From Haliotis rufescens (Eukaryota): a stretch of 64,000 nucleotides of DNA. The notes under the pieces are model-generated. The model was not told the DNA's origin. It saw nothing but the letters and a program-made list of their open reading frames with translations, and ran no database searches. Made by a program: the position numbers and the translations under genes. Location: assembly GCF_023055435.1 (NCBI RefSeq), contig NW_025964001.1:38192001-38256000 (forward strand), written 5' to 3'. This document shows, one piece after another, positions 36,891 to 50,706 of this stretch. Position 1 is the first letter of the stretch. Every line of letters begins with the position of its first letter.

Positions 36891-39800
36891 TTGGCTGCTG
36901 TTGGCTGTGTATAAAACATATCATGTGAGAGAGATGGTTAGCCAGATAGTGAACATTCTCAGCTGGAGCTCTGTTCAAAGGGAGATAACTCACACCACCA
37001 CTCATACCACCACCTGATGTCCACTGACACAAGAGACATCAAGTTATATCTTCATATCCTCACACTGACTTACAGATATTTTAATTACACATTTCCAATA
37101 TGTATTCCTTAGTACTGGAAACATTCCGTCTGAATTGAAATATATATGTTAAATGGCAGTTTGAAATCATTACGGAACCAACTTTGTAAATGATGAATAT
37201 TTATTGACAGCTTTGGTGTTCAATCCCTTCAAACATTGTCATTATATGTTTGTTTTTTTAGATTTGTCTTTTCACTAAATATTGTTTACAAACTGTTATT
37301 CATTGACTTTGTTTATCATCAGGAACATTTGTTGAATATCTTGGTACATATTTCGATACTAAACATATCTCCACATTAAATTTAAACCACTTCGCTGTGC
37401 ATTTTGATCAACTGAATGCATCTTAAAAGTATATCTATGTCAGTTTTGTAAGAACTTGTATCTTTACAATATAAATATATTTGGAAAATGCTTGGCACAT
37501 TATTGAATATTATCTTGATTACCTTTAGGAGATAGTTCTTAAGTTGTGGCTTGTTAAAATATGTTAATATGCAACAGTTGACTTTTGAGTTCTCAGTCTT
37601 TTGGGTATTATGTTTGATGTAGATAAATGGTGAATAAATGCATATCGTTACTAATTTCTTCTTGTTTGATTGTTTCTTCACATCAACAAGTAGATTGTCC
37701 TGGAGATGCCCAAACAATACCTACAACATATCTCTTTCTTGTGTTTTCATGGGGTTTAACGTTGCGTTCAAAATTATTGCGTTGTGCATGCATGTGTGTG
37801 TGGCTGCTTGTCCAGACTGATGCCGATTTTTATAGTGGTAGCCCACCGAGATACCAGTTTAACATGAATACCCCACTCAGACACAGTTTACTGACTCTGA
37901 GCCGACCAGTTCTTGTTTAAGCCCTTTAATGCTGAGCACCAGCAGGGTAGTAACAGGTACCGGGGATCGAACCCCTGACCTTCTTCTCTCTGGGTGGATG
38001 CTCTACCTCAAGACCACAGGGCAGTCTCACATGCTTGTGAAGACTGGTGATATAGGAAATAGGTTTTCAGATGTATTGCTGCCCTTGTTGTTTCCAGTGC
38101 AAAGTAGGTGCCCAGTATCAATGTGCATCCTGGTTGATGGGGCACTGGTGGCCGAGTCGTCTATGGTGCCGCCATTGCCAGTGCAGAGTTGTGTCCCCTG
38201 GTCACACCTGTAATCGTGGGTTCGAATCCTGGTTCACCCCGATTATGTATCCCTATTCCCAGGTTCATGGGTTTCACAAAAGTGGTAAACATCTGAGACA
38301 TGCAGCACTGCTCACTCCCCTATTGAAGCTGAGTGGGGTGATAGAACTGGAATACTATTGCTAGATGGACATTCATCATAATTTGTTATTTGGCAGATGA
38401 ATTTTCTTAAAGGGATTTAAAATAAACTTCCTAGAACTGCCATTTTGCCTCAGCCAGGCTCCTTTAATGTATTTTAACCCTAATACATGCTAAGAGCCAT
38501 TTCATGGATGTTAGAGATGACAGGGATTATTCGTCCCAATGACCACCTACGTGGTCAGTTGGGTAGAGCGCCTGCCCAGAGAGCGGAAGGTCGGTGGTTT
38601 CACGCCCATCCGCGTCAAACCAAAAGATGTTAAAAGATAGTACTTGTTTTTAACCTGCATGGCGCTAGGCTAGTTAAAACTGCATCATTGGGTCTCGGTC
38701 GGATGGCACCTTTATAAACTGCATTACTGCTGACTATCACTGTAATATTAAGTCTTTTGTAAGTGTATGAGATGTTTTACAGTTGTAGTTGTTCGTGTGA
38801 TTAGCGAGAAAACCATGAATGTTTCTTCAGCCTCCGAAAACGGGGATATATGTTGTATATTTGCACTGTTGTTGTTTTGGGGTTTTTTCAACAAAAGGTA
38901 AGTACAAGGTAAGATTTTTCAATATGCTTCTAAATGGGAAAGGGTCAGACATTGCACGCTTGTGACAGTTGTCCTTGTGTCTGGGGGGTGGGGTGAAGTT
39001 TATGGCAGTATTGCACCCAGACACGGCGGGTAGTGGGTGCGAGGAAGCTATGCCCGAAATTTTAAAAGAACTGATTTTAACTATAAAATTTTAATTATAG
39101 AACATTGAGATGGTGTGAATGTTGTCCAAACTGCACGAAATTGCTTAAATTCAATCAAATGTATAAAAAAAGTTTTCCTGCTCACATCCCTGATTACACG
39201 CAGACACACACCAGAGAGCATATATACACACACCATCACACATTAGAAGACAACATCACACCTCGATAAACAGATACGATACTCTTGAACGCAACGTTTC
39301 ACCCCATTTCACCTCCACTGCATGTGAGTGAGTTTGGTTTAACGTCGCTTTGAACTGTCTTCCAGTTATATCACGGCGTGTCATCCTACTGCAAAGTGGT
39401 CCAGATCTCAGACATTTAACACTTTAGTGAAACCCACGCGCGTACGGGTATACGGACAAACCAAGAAACAATCGGGGGAATCAGAATTCGAACCCACGAT
39501 CATAGGTTTTGGGGAGTGCCCAAGGGACGCAACTCTGCACAGCCAAAATCGGCGCCTCTAACGACAGGGAGTCCCTCAAGAAGTCCCAGGATGATAGTGT
39601 GACGTCATATCCAGATAACACACTTGCGCATTGGACTATCTGGACCAGAGTGAATTATTAATAGCAGTGATGTATAACTGGAAAACGAATGCCCATGTGA
39701 TATGGGGTATTCCAGAGACGGCTGCATTTCGTCGTCACGGTGAAGGCTTGGTTTACCTAGGATCGGCTGGAATAATGTGTCTCATGGTGCTAATGTGCAG

Positions 39801-39965
39801 GGCCCACTTGCACAAAACGATCTTAGCACTACGACTGTGTTAGAGTATGGGCGTAACCACAGGGCCACGGATAAAATGTAATCAGTACAGTTAGTATAGT
39901 ATGGCTATCCGTGGCCCTGTGGGCGTAACGATCCTAGCTATAAGATCGCTTTGCTCAAGTGGGCC
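39801..39965. mobile_element. PIF/Harbinger-type MITE (CAG TSD) containing a nested 64-bp element
   Basis: TIR ggcccacttgcacaaaacgatcttag / taagatcgctttgctcaagtgggcc; CAG at 39798-800 and 39966-68. Confidence 0.8.
39858..39921. mobile_element. 64-bp mini-transposon with 16-bp perfect TIRs and an 8-bp TSD
   Basis: cacagggccacggata / tatccgtggccctgtg; ggcgtaac at 39850-57 and 39922-29. Confidence 0.88.
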
Positions 39966-40023
39966 CAGTGTCCTAGTATTGAATGGGTAACCCCTTCGCT
40001 GAGGTGGCCACATCTTTCTAAAA

Positions 40024-40080
<57 letters not shown>

Positions 40081-40779
40081 GCTCTTTATTTCTTGTTACC
40101 ACATGGGTATGAATGAATTTCCAGACAGAGGTTGGATGTGTAGGAACAGATCGTATCTGTATGGGGACAAGGTGGTCTAGTCTTCAAAGACATTAGCTTA
40201 GTGGATTTGCGTTCCTTAGCCATGCCAGGATCCGCAGAACGTGGGTTCGAATCCACGATTCATCAGGACCATATCCGAGTTTCACCAGTTGGGCAACCTT
40301 CATCACTTTGGACATTCCTTCGACTTTACTTCGACCAGGCAGTGATAAAACAGAAAAACTTGTCAATGCAGCATTACGCTTGCTCGCTCGCTCACTCACT
40401 CACTCACTCACTCATACCTATGTAAATGCAGGAATAGTAGAATGCAATAAAGGGTCCTGGGAAAATGCATCTTCACACAGACGTGATTAACTTGCACCGA
40501 GATATGGCTGCAAATACATTTCTATTGATGAAAATATTTTTTTCAATTAGGGCACAAACAACATGAATTTCCCATAGGGACACTATTACCAATATTTGCA
40601 ATGGCGAAATACATTGTGTAGATGCTTTGATATTCTTTCCTTTGCAGAAGTCGATAGAATTTATTTTACTTTAAGCGTTACTTTATTGAACCAGCAGAGA
40701 GCTAATTCCATTTCCTTTGCGTCTATCGTCAGGTGGGAATCCGGAAAAATTACATTTTTGACGTTCAGCATCGTCACCC

Positions 40780-42240
40780 GTTTGGCAATCTACAGTGTGA
40801 CATACACCGGCAGCCCAGCTGCTTCATGCATAATGCCTGTAAATACATGGCGTTACATATGTACATACACCACAATGGAGTGCTATGCGGGTCACCATCT
40901 GGCGCTGCATACGCGGTCGCTTCACCCCGAGGGTTACACACGCCTCACTTGACGTGATACACGTTACCATCCAGCGTTACCTACCATTATTTGCGTTACA
41001 CATTGTCACCTGGTGCTATACACAGTTCAATTGACGTTATAACGTCATCATTTTGTTGCTACAAACGCTGCCACCTGACGTTGTATAGATCACTCTATCT
41101 GGTGTTACACGCCCTCGCCTGACGTTTTACAGAACACTCTCTGGTGCTACACGCCCTCGCCAGACGTTATACAGTTCACTAGCTGGTGCTACACGCCCAC
41201 GCCTGACGTTATACAGTTCACTATCTGGTGTTACACGCCCTCGCCTGTCGATATACAGATCCCTGTCTGGTGCTACACGCCCTCGCCTGACGTTTTACAG
41301 ATCACTATCTGGTGTTACACGCTGTCACCTGACGTAATACAGATCATTATCTGGTTCTACACGCCTTCACCTGACGTTTTACAGATCATTATCTGGTGCT
41401 ACACGCCCTCGCCTGACGTAATACAGATCATTATCTGGTGCTACACGCCCTCGCCTGACGTTATACAGATCACTATCTGGTGCTACACGCCCTCGCCTGA
41501 CGTAATACAGATCATTATCTGGTGCTACACGCCTTCACCTGACGTAATACAGATCATTATTTGGTGCTACACGCCCTCGCCTGACGTAATACAGATCATT
41601 ATCTGGCCCTGCACGCCCTCGCCTGACGTTATACAGATCATTATCTGGTGTTACACTCCCTCGTCTGACGTTATACACGCCACCATCTGGTGCTGCACAC
41701 GTCGTCACCTGACGTAAACACGCCATCATCTTGTGCCACTTACGGCGCTGCCTGACACTATACACGCCTTCATCTGGCGCTACTCGCGCCGTCACTGACG
41801 TTATACACGCCATCATCTGGTGCTGCACACGTCGTCACCTGACGTAAACACGCCATCATCTTGTGCCACTTACGGCGCTGCCTGACACTATACACGCCTT
41901 CATCTGGCGCTACTCGCGCCGTCACTGACGTTATACACGCCATCATCTGGTGCTGCACACGTCGTCACCTGACGTAAACACGCCATCATCTTGTGCCACT
42001 TACGGCGCTGCCTGACACTATACACGCCACAATCCTGCGTTGAACACGCAATCACCTGATGTTTTACACGACATCACTTGGCGTATGTTATACGCGCCAT
42101 AACTAAAAAGCGGCGTTAAACCCAACACACTCACTCACGCAATCATCTGTATCAACACGCCATCGTTTTGCTACGTATCACGCCATCACACAACGTCATG
42201 CACGACATCATCCGCAATCATACACACGTACACCATCGTA
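40780..42240. repeat. Composite satellite: 21-22-bp monomer, 42-bp dimer array (41070-41670) and 130-bp higher-order repeat (41666-42030)
   Basis: tgacgttatacagatcactatctggtgctacacgccctcgcc with period 42; identical blocks 130 bp apart; degenerate monomers at both edges. Confidence 0.92.
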
Positions 42241-44609
42241 AGTAGGCTACCAGCTGGGCCCTCAGACTAAAAACATGTTAGAAATACAACAAAAAACAAA
42301 CGCAAATAAAAAACGCTGTCATCTCGCCTATCGATTTGCACAGACACGTACCCTTCCATGGTAACAGCGAACCCATATATGAAAAGCTTGTTGATCTTTC
42401 TCATCACATATTTAATTTTAAATTGTTTTTCGGTCACAGGCATAAGCAGGACCCACTCTTGATCGCCTCCCTTGACACCACTCCCAAGTCTCTTTAGAAA
42501 CGACTACTAAATTATTCACTGCATATAGTCCAAACTTGAAGGAAGGTCTTTCTTCACAGTAGAAAATGGCAGTGTGTTTATTGTTGCAGTACAGTGCCAG
42601 AATCAATACCAACCACAATACCATCTCGCGGTGCTCCGGTTAAGCAGAGCGTGGTATTCAACCGGCCCGAACACACTGAAACACATGTTCCTTGTTTACC
42701 AAGTAGGATCGATACCGTTTATTTGTCTTTATGTTTCCGCTGTCATAACTCTATCCAACTGCATGGAATGCGCTAATACGTTAGGCTGCCCAAAGCATTC
42801 TTCTATTCACATTTTAAAAACTGGTCACTGCTGCGTCCTGGAGCCATTTGTTCATGTTGTTGTGTGGTAATTCGGGAGTATTGATACAGAGCGTCATAAA
42901 TATATTTCAATACTCGGGCTACAAAGACAGCTATAACGCTTTGTAACATTTGCATGGCGAAACAGCTTTGTAATGGCGTGGTATCTTCATAAACTAGAGG
43001 TCCAGACTATGGGGCATTGTTGGTCTTGTAATGTGCGGAACGTCTTAAAACGTCAGCTGTTGAACAACACCAGTCCTCTATTCAATAGGACCGGGTGGGT
43101 GGAGGTTTTCAAATCTCTTTCAACAGTGTTTCAGTTGATCCGACAGGTTTGATCAATATTTCACCTTACGTTGATCCTGGTATTGTTCAAACCTGTTAAT
43201 AAAACTATTTATCTTCTCCCAATTCTAACTTTCATCTCGGACCTCCACCGTATATAGTATTAGATTAGACTATATAGTATACTGTGCTTGAGTGGGGTAT
43301 CAATGTTAAACTGCGGCATTGTATCTCAGTTGGCTAGCACTAGAAAACCGTCGTAAGTCTGACTAGTACATGCAGCCACACACGCACGCACTCAAGTTCA
43401 TGCACGTGGCTATGTAAGTGCGTTAAGCCCCATTTCACTGTTCGAGGTGGATCGCACCTAAGCATGACAACTACACTCGAGCAAAAATGAATGACAGTTC
43501 CAGCAAAGTTAATGTACGTCATTCAAAATCCATAGTTTATATTTAAACTCAGTTTAATGATGTACATTGATCTAGTACTTACTGATTACCCTGGTAAAAG
43601 AGAGGCACTGTCTTTAAACAAATTAGTCATAACCATGACACAAACGGCACCAACTGCGTCAAGATCAGGACAGGAAATCGGCTCAATACGACAGAACACA
43701 GTGGTCTTTTAAATAGGGTTCATGTTTCGTCAACGTATGATACAATATCCTTGAGTGATATTTAGAAGCTGTAACGTCTGTGAAGTTAGCATTGACTTAT
43801 TGATCACAACTTCTTGTATATGTTCTATCAATACTGATAATGATATAATTCATGACGTTTGCGAACAAATGTGAGTACCGTTATCGACCACTTTCTTGAA
43901 AAGATACTAGCTTGTGTACCGACAGGTCGCATTGAAAGAATATTATAAAAAAGAATCAAGAATGCATGTTTTTAATCCATATGAGAGAATAGAGTCTTTG
44001 TAAGCTGATCGCTTGATTGTATTCTGTAGATAAAAGCGACATAAGCATTTCCATCTTTCTAAGAAATATCTGCTAAAAGCGGAGTCGATTGTACAAATCC
44101 AACTATATTATGAGGAGGTGTTTATGAATCACTATCAAATAGTGATGATACCAGGAGTTCGCGAATAGGTTTGCGTATGCTGCTCTACCGGTGACACCCT
44201 TCACAAACACATGCAAAGGTACGTCAATTATTCACCACAAAAGTACGGGAACATACATGGTGCAAGTCAAAATAGGGAATTGCATCAGACATCACTTTTG
44301 TTACTGATGGTCAAATTTGGAAATGTCCTCCACATGTCTACCATAACACTTTTGGAAAGCTTTACTGAAGCCTTGAATGTTGCAACCCTGATTGAACAAG
44401 TTTTGAGCAAGGTTCGTAGATGGAACTCCGTTCATCCGGACATGAAACTTGAATCTCACACCATGAACTGTTGTTAGGACTGGGGTGAGTGAGTGAGTGA
44501 ATATAGTTTTACGCGTACAACAATATTACAGCTAGAACACGGCACCTGATATCCATGTAGGGTTTCGAACTCGAGTCGCCTTGTAACAAGCAAACGCCAC
44601 AACCACCAG

Positions 44610-44716
44610 GGCCTACTTGCACAAAGCGATCTTAGCGCTAAGATGATTGTAACTCCCTTACGTTAACATAGGCTTACGATAGTCTTAGCGCTAAGATCGC
44701 TTTGTGCAAGTGGGCC
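44610..44716. mobile_element. PIF/Harbinger-type MITE (107 bp, CAG TSD) inserted in a SINE
   Basis: ggcctacttgcacaaagcgatcttagcgctaaga / tcttagcgctaagatcgctttgtgcaagtgggcc; CAG on both flanks; partial third copy at ~47862-47933. Confidence 0.85.
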
Positions 44717-45720
44717 CAGGTTAAAGTTCCTACTGAGGTAAATATACGACCACACAAAAAGCGTCAGATGATCATGAAAAGATTTATTCAGAAAACAAAG
44801 ACTGCTGAAAGTACACACTTGAGTATTAAAAAATGACAAGCGTCATGATCCGTTTGTTGGTTGTACCTGCTGATATAAGTCAGCATCCATGTTTGGCGTA
44901 AAGAACCATAGTCCTAAAACTGAAGACCAGATTGTCCCTCTACTGGAGAGACCACACCCAAATGTGGCCCGGGGGAACGACAGATCATACTGGTCAAGAA
45001 AAAGTCTTACTGGTCAGCTGATGAACTTCCTATTTCGAACTCTACATTCAGCTGATACTACTAAAAAACGGAAACCCATTTACCAGGATTTTTCTGCGGT
45101 ACATACTTTCACCGGACAAAGGTAATATATCGCCCAGAATATATAACTTCGATACAAGACGTTTTAAGTTTCGCACATAGAACCGAAAACACGACAAATT
45201 CTCAAAAAGGTCACAACAAATTGATTTTTTGATTGTAGTAATGGCTCCCTGTTTTTTTAAAAAAGAACTCCTGCTGCAGTTTTTTGGATAAGGGACATAA
45301 ACATTCTCTCGACCAAGGTGTTTAAAATAGCGAAATTATTATTTTTTATCTTTACATAGAGTCAACCCTTAATTTAACACATTCAGGGATGTAGTTTCAG
45401 ATGCATATGTTAAGCAAACGAAATTTTGACTTCTGATTCATAGTTACACCAAAACTGAAAGAGTACAATTTGTCATCTATTCCTTCCATTAGGCCAAAAG
45501 GAACAGAAAGAACTTTTAAATGGTGTACATAAATTCAAACTGATACCCCTTATTTCTGTAGCAAGGTGTGTGGGTCGTAAGTTCTCATACCTACACTTAG
45601 CTGTTCCCTATTAAATAACTTCCGAACCTTGGTCCGCGTTGTGTGACTTCGATGTAAATGGAGCGAAGTGAAATATTTAGAAAAAGTAATAAATAGCGTT
45701 GCTGTGGTCCTTGCCGACGT

Positions 45721-45743
45721 CTATGTCATCATTTGCACAAATT
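45721..45743 (-). CDS. Calmodulin-like gene B last coding exon (E-FVQMMT*); 151 aa total
   Basis: ctttatttttcag|AA TTT GTG CAA ATG ATG ACA TAG matches the calmodulin C-terminus EFVQMMT; minus-strand AATAAA at 44783-44788. Confidence 0.92.
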
Positions 45744-46087
45744 CTGAAAAATAAAGTGGATAGTTTAGTAATATGAATCGTTTAGCGTATTATACGTTCA
45801 GTGAATTGTCAATAGCCCGGAAACACGTCTTATAATATATATGTTTTCTCAAACAAATGCCACAACGCGACCGCTTCATTTATTTATTGCTGTGTTTCTT
45901 CGAATACCGATTCCAAAGTAAGGATATCTACTTCGTCATTGAAATAGTTGAATCTGATTGGAAGTCAAATTCTGATAAAACGGGGAAATAATATGTCGAT
46001 AAATATTGACAATCAGAAATCACCATCGAAATTTTCGTTGTTGTAAAGTAAAGATATGATATTAATCAATACGAGTGAATAATGATG

Positions 46088-46138
<51 letters not shown>

Positions 46139-48026
46139 TTGCATGAGTGCTCTGTGCGCTGCAAATGAAACTTATAGTCAGTGATATTGTTAAAACACGT
46201 TTAGAAGCAGGATACTTGTAGAAGTGCTCGAGTGAGTGAGTGAGTGAGTTGAAAATGCGGCAATATTTCGGCCATATCGTGACGAGAGCATTGCTTAAAT
46301 CATTTACTCCTGGTGAACACAAACCAGCACAGAACCCGTTTTCGGGGCTCATAACCGTGCATAAGAATGAGTGAACCAGTGGTTGAAAGCATGAGCACCG
46401 ACACATGCTGTAGGGGAACATTGACACACAATCAGCCCGGCTATATATTGTTACCACCAGTTTTAAATCGGCGTTTATGATAAGAATTCCTATTCTGACC
46501 CAAATCCCCGCAGTTTCTCCCACATAAATCTATCTGCGGATACCACGTCAAATACGTCATTTCCGCGCGTACAGTTTGACAATATGTGTGCAAATACTTC
46601 TAAGTCGACCCTTTGCACGCAGGTCCTGCACGTTTTCCATTTGGTGCCGCCATACCAAGGAGACTATTTAATCCGAAACTTGGATTCGAACACAGGGGTG
46701 TTTCCATGGGCTTGTCAATAGTACAAAAAACAAGAGAGCACGTTATTGACCCGCTCGTTCAGTGTTGAAGACTGAATCCCTGCAATGATCCGAAGAGAAT
46801 CCATCGCTAATAGCATTATTGTCAAATCCTCAAAGACCGTATTTCAACGATGTCAGAAGCCTGTGAAGACATGAAATATGACTAACACTCTATTTGACGG
46901 TTGAAATGTATCGTGTAAAGTTATAAAGTATCTTGTAGATTTGCAACCGAAATCGGTTTGATCGGTCTGCTGTGCCCTAGTTTGTGGTCGGTTATGGTGG
47001 TGGACTAAGCACTTCCTTCCACCTGGGAGAGATCTGGCACCATCTATCATTGCTATCAATTCTCCCCGGATTTCCGAAACCCCAATTCCATATTGTTGTC
47101 AGAGCTATGATATGATATTAATGATAGTACTCTGGTAAGAGACTCCGAAAGTGATCATAATGCAATATGCGATTACTCGCGTGCCACGCTTCTTTTACAC
47201 TGCAGAATGCCATGGATACACTGCCAGGCAAACGATTGTATACACCCAGGGTGGCTAAAAATGAAACAAACAAAAAATGTTTTTTCGATGCTGATGTATT
47301 TGATGCGGGGATTAAGTTTGTGGTTTGGAGCTTAAGTGTGCAGTATTTAGGCGACTGTTTTCAGGCAGGTTTTGTGACGTTTGAAATTGTGTAGTCAAAT
47401 CCTAAGTGTATACTTTCTTTTGCCCTATAGTTTACCCACATACACTGCACGTGGCGAGGACCTAATTAAAAGCAAATATATAACATGAATGGAAATCCCG
47501 ATATGATGTATCAAATCAAGGTATTTCACCTAAGGACAACGCAGCTGATCGAATTAAAAATCGGCTGCAAAAAGTTTGATAGAAAATCTCGCAGGGCGTT
47601 TCTCATTTAGCGTTACGTATAAGATTAAATGATGGTGAGGTGAAATGGGGTTTAACGTCCCGTTCAAAATTATTGCACTCTATTCGATGGTGCATCACAG
47701 TTGTGTTTTTGACCTTACGTTTGCAGTGTTTTCAGCCAAGTAACCTTTTGATAACCTTTGTATTTTATTGGTCACATCCAGTTTTCAAGTGTATACTTTC
47801 TTTTGCCTGGGAGTTTATATGACCACACTGGCATTCTCCGACAAACGAAACAAGACCCCAGAGAAACTCCCATACTTTATCATAGGCTTACGATCAACGT
47901 GGCACTGAGATCGCTTTGTGGGACGGGGCCCAGATATCGACCGACAGTGAAATGCGAACGTTTCCAATAACAATGAGAACGTCCCGAGACCTGCTCCAGA
48001 TCCGGATTAACAAGTTTCTAAAGTTT

Positions 48027-48510
48027 GAGTGAGTGGTTATGGTTTACCTCGCTTTTAGCAAAATTCGGGCAATGGTACGCCGGGGGACTCCATAAATGAC
48101 TTCACATATTGTACCCACGTGATGAATTGAACCGGGTCTTTTGTGTGACGAGCGAACGTTTTAACCACTGGGCTACCCAATCACCCCCGAATTTAGTGAG
48201 TGGGTATGGTTTTACGCCGCTTTTAGCAATATTCCAGCAATATCACGGCGGGGGGACACCAGAAATGGGCTTCACACATTGTTCCCAATTGGGGGAATTT
48301 AACCTGGGCCTTCGGCGTGACGAGCGAACACTTTAACCACTGGGCTACCCCATCGCCGCCGGATCCACGCAATTGGGTTACGATGGCATGCGTCAACCAA
48401 GTTAGCGAGTCTCACCACCCGATCCCGTTAGTCGCCTTTTACGACAAGCACAGTCGCCTGTTACAGCAAGCATGGGTTGCTGAAGACCTATTCTACCCCA
48501 GATCTTTACG
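48027..48510 (-). mobile_element. Cluster of three abutting SINEs (two family A, one family B) in an intron of gene B
   Basis: Family A at 48027-48188 and 48195-48360; family B fragment at 48361-48510; all on the minus strand. Confidence 0.85.
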
Positions 48511-48638
48511 AGTAGAAGAAACCATTGATATCAAGAAACAGAAATCGCCCGGAAATAGGGTGTTCCGGTATTGGGAGGTCCGCCTGACGGGGTTTCAATG
48601 TTCTAGTAACAGTAACGCATATTGCTTATTTTCCTCAC

Positions 48639-48890
48639 CATTATAGTCGATCTTGCCATCCCCATCCAGATCAGCCTGTTTGACCATTTGTTTCACCTGG
48701 GATTCGGTGATGTCGGGGCAGGTCCCCGTCAAGACTGACTTGAGTTCTGCGGCGGTGATTTTGCCGTCACCGTTCTTGTCGAATTGTTCAAACATCCTCT
48801 TCATCCTGTCATCCTTCTTGAATTGTGAGTCCATCTTCAGCATTATGCTCATGAACGCAATGAACTCATTGATCTCGATGGTACCATTCC
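48639..48890 (-). CDS. Calmodulin-like gene B exon 4 (NGTIEINEFIAFM...FDKNGDGKITAAEL...ADLDGDGKIDYN-E)
   Basis: tttgtag|GG...G|gtgagg, 252 nt; end of EF2, EF3 and most of EF4. Confidence 0.94.
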
Positions 48891-49432
48891 CTACAAACGA
48901 GGGGATTTATATGTATGTGACAAACGACAGTGAGAGTGAGAGTGAATGAGTATGGTTTTACACCGCTTTTAGCGGTATTCCTGTTCTATCACATTGGTAG
49001 GGGTTGGGGGCGCCGGAAAGGAGTTTCACAAATGTGGGGAATCGAGCCGGGCCTTCGGCGCGACGAACTAATGCTTTAACCACTCACCTACCCCTCACCA
49101 CTGTGAGGACACATGTATGCAAATGTATACAGAATATAAAAGTAAGGGGACACTTTAAAATTAAAATTAAAATTAAAATTAAAATTAAAATTAAAATTAT
49201 TTAGCTGTGCTGCTATATAAAAGCAAATTAGTCACTGAAAAAAATATCTAGTGTGTTCTGTATGTATCTAGTGCATGGTCGGTTGCACATCTTGACTGAA
49301 CAAATATCAAATACCTCAAGTGCCTCGTGTTTTTGATACACAAAGCCCACGCTCTAGCCATTTGTGAAAAGGCCGCTTAAGAGCGACCGTCAAGGACTGA
49401 GCAAAGGGAAAGTTATAAACCTGAACACTCAC

Positions 49433-49579
49433 TGTTGGTGTCGTTGTCATCTATAATCCTGGAAGCTCTTTCCCGAGAAATGGTTGTTTTCGAAAATGTT
49501 GACAACGCCGACGCCAATTCATCGGCGTCTATTTGGCCATCACCGTCACGGTCGAATTTCTTAAAGATTGCCGTGTATT
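49433..49579 (-). CDS. Calmodulin-like gene B exon 3 (EYTAIFKKFDRDGDGQIDADELASALSTFSKTTISRERASRIIDDNDTN-R)
   Basis: ttccag|AA...A|gtgagt, 147 nt; canonical EF1. Confidence 0.93.
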
Positions 49580-49768
49580 CTGGAACAGGTAAGTCAAAAT
49601 AAAACCCTGAACAAGTATTCTGCACAAGCCAAAGGGTTATATGTTATAGGGCGTCATGATATCAAGAACTTAGACACCAAGATATCACTAAAATTATAGC
49701 TGAAAGCCCCCAGACACCCCCTCATTAGTCAAAGTTACTCTTGACTGACAGTAGCTGATGCAACGTAC

Positions 49769-49799
49769 CTGCTTCCTGCTGTGAAGTAAGTCCGTTTGC
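49769..49799 (-). CDS. Calmodulin-like gene B exon 2 (ANGLTSQQEA-E)
   Basis: ttttcag|GCA...GCAG|gtacgt, 31 nt; equals the canonical CaM exon 2 (ADQLTEEQIAE) in size and phase. Confidence 0.88.
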
Positions 49800-49908
49800 C
49801 TGAAAAGAACAAAAAATATTTATTGCTGGACCAGAATCAATCAACACGAAGCAACCGAATCACAGAAACAATTGTAAACAAAAGGATTAAGAAAGAAAAA
49901 CAATACAA

Positions 49909-50065
49909 GTGGAACAAGGTCAAAAGGTCAATGGTGTCTAGTGGAACAAGGTCAAAAGGTCAATAATGTTTAGTGGAACAAGGTCAGAGTGTCAAAGACG
50001 TTTAGTTCAGTAAGGTCAGATTAATAGTGCCGTTTAGTTGAACAAGGTCAGTGTCAGTGTCAATT
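49909..50065 (+). repeat. 32-bp tandem repeat rich in AGGTCA half-sites
   Basis: gtggaacaaggtcaaaaggtcaat... twice, plus three degenerate units. Confidence 0.8.
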
Positions 50066-50610
50066 ACGTATACAGTCAAACTCATACAGAAATGATTCCT
50101 AATATGTCGCGTTTCTTATAGAAGTGAGTATATGGGAAGTGTTCAGCCTGTTTAGCGTAATGGAGGTCGGGCGTGTATAGTAGGTGTACATGATGTGCAC
50201 CTCATTGTATCGATTAAAGGCAGTCATCAGAGATTGCCACTTGGCTGAAAGTAAAACGTTTCGTACCACCAGGGACAGTCGCGCTCAACCCATCACTTGG
50301 CCGTGGTCACTAATCCAATTGATGGACGAACACTGGTTCTAACGCTGCTGCAGCTTTTGAGTTGCAACTATATAGTATAACAGTGAAATTTAAAATTGCC
50401 TTTCATAAATGCATAGGTTATTTCCCATGATACGCACATGTGCACATCTGGTCTTAATAGTGAGCATCGAGGCGGAAACAAAGCTTAGTAAGTGCTGAGA
50501 AATCGATTGGAAATATCAGGGTGTAAGACTAGAACACAGTCATCATTTCCGTATACAGCGAACTCCGAAATACTACTACTAATACTACTACTACTACTAA
50601 TAATAATAAT

Positions 50611-50667
<57 letters not shown>

Positions 50668-50706
50668 GATTTATTCTCCTGAACCCAGTTAGGGCTAAAC
50701 CCCCCC

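Noticed and set aside
41535-41958. Duplicated ORFs MQHQMMACITSV...
   Set aside because: Translations of the 130-bp satellite unit.
43956-44023. Alternative last exon for gene B (EYNQAISL...), also EFEIGSSSADQ near 45010-45050
   Set aside because: The exon at 45721-45743 is nearer, has a better acceptor and gives the canonical EFVQMMT* end.
50220-50300. Possible hammerhead ribozyme (minus-strand CTGATGA and CGAAAC)
   Set aside because: The motifs are in the wrong order and I could not form the required stems.
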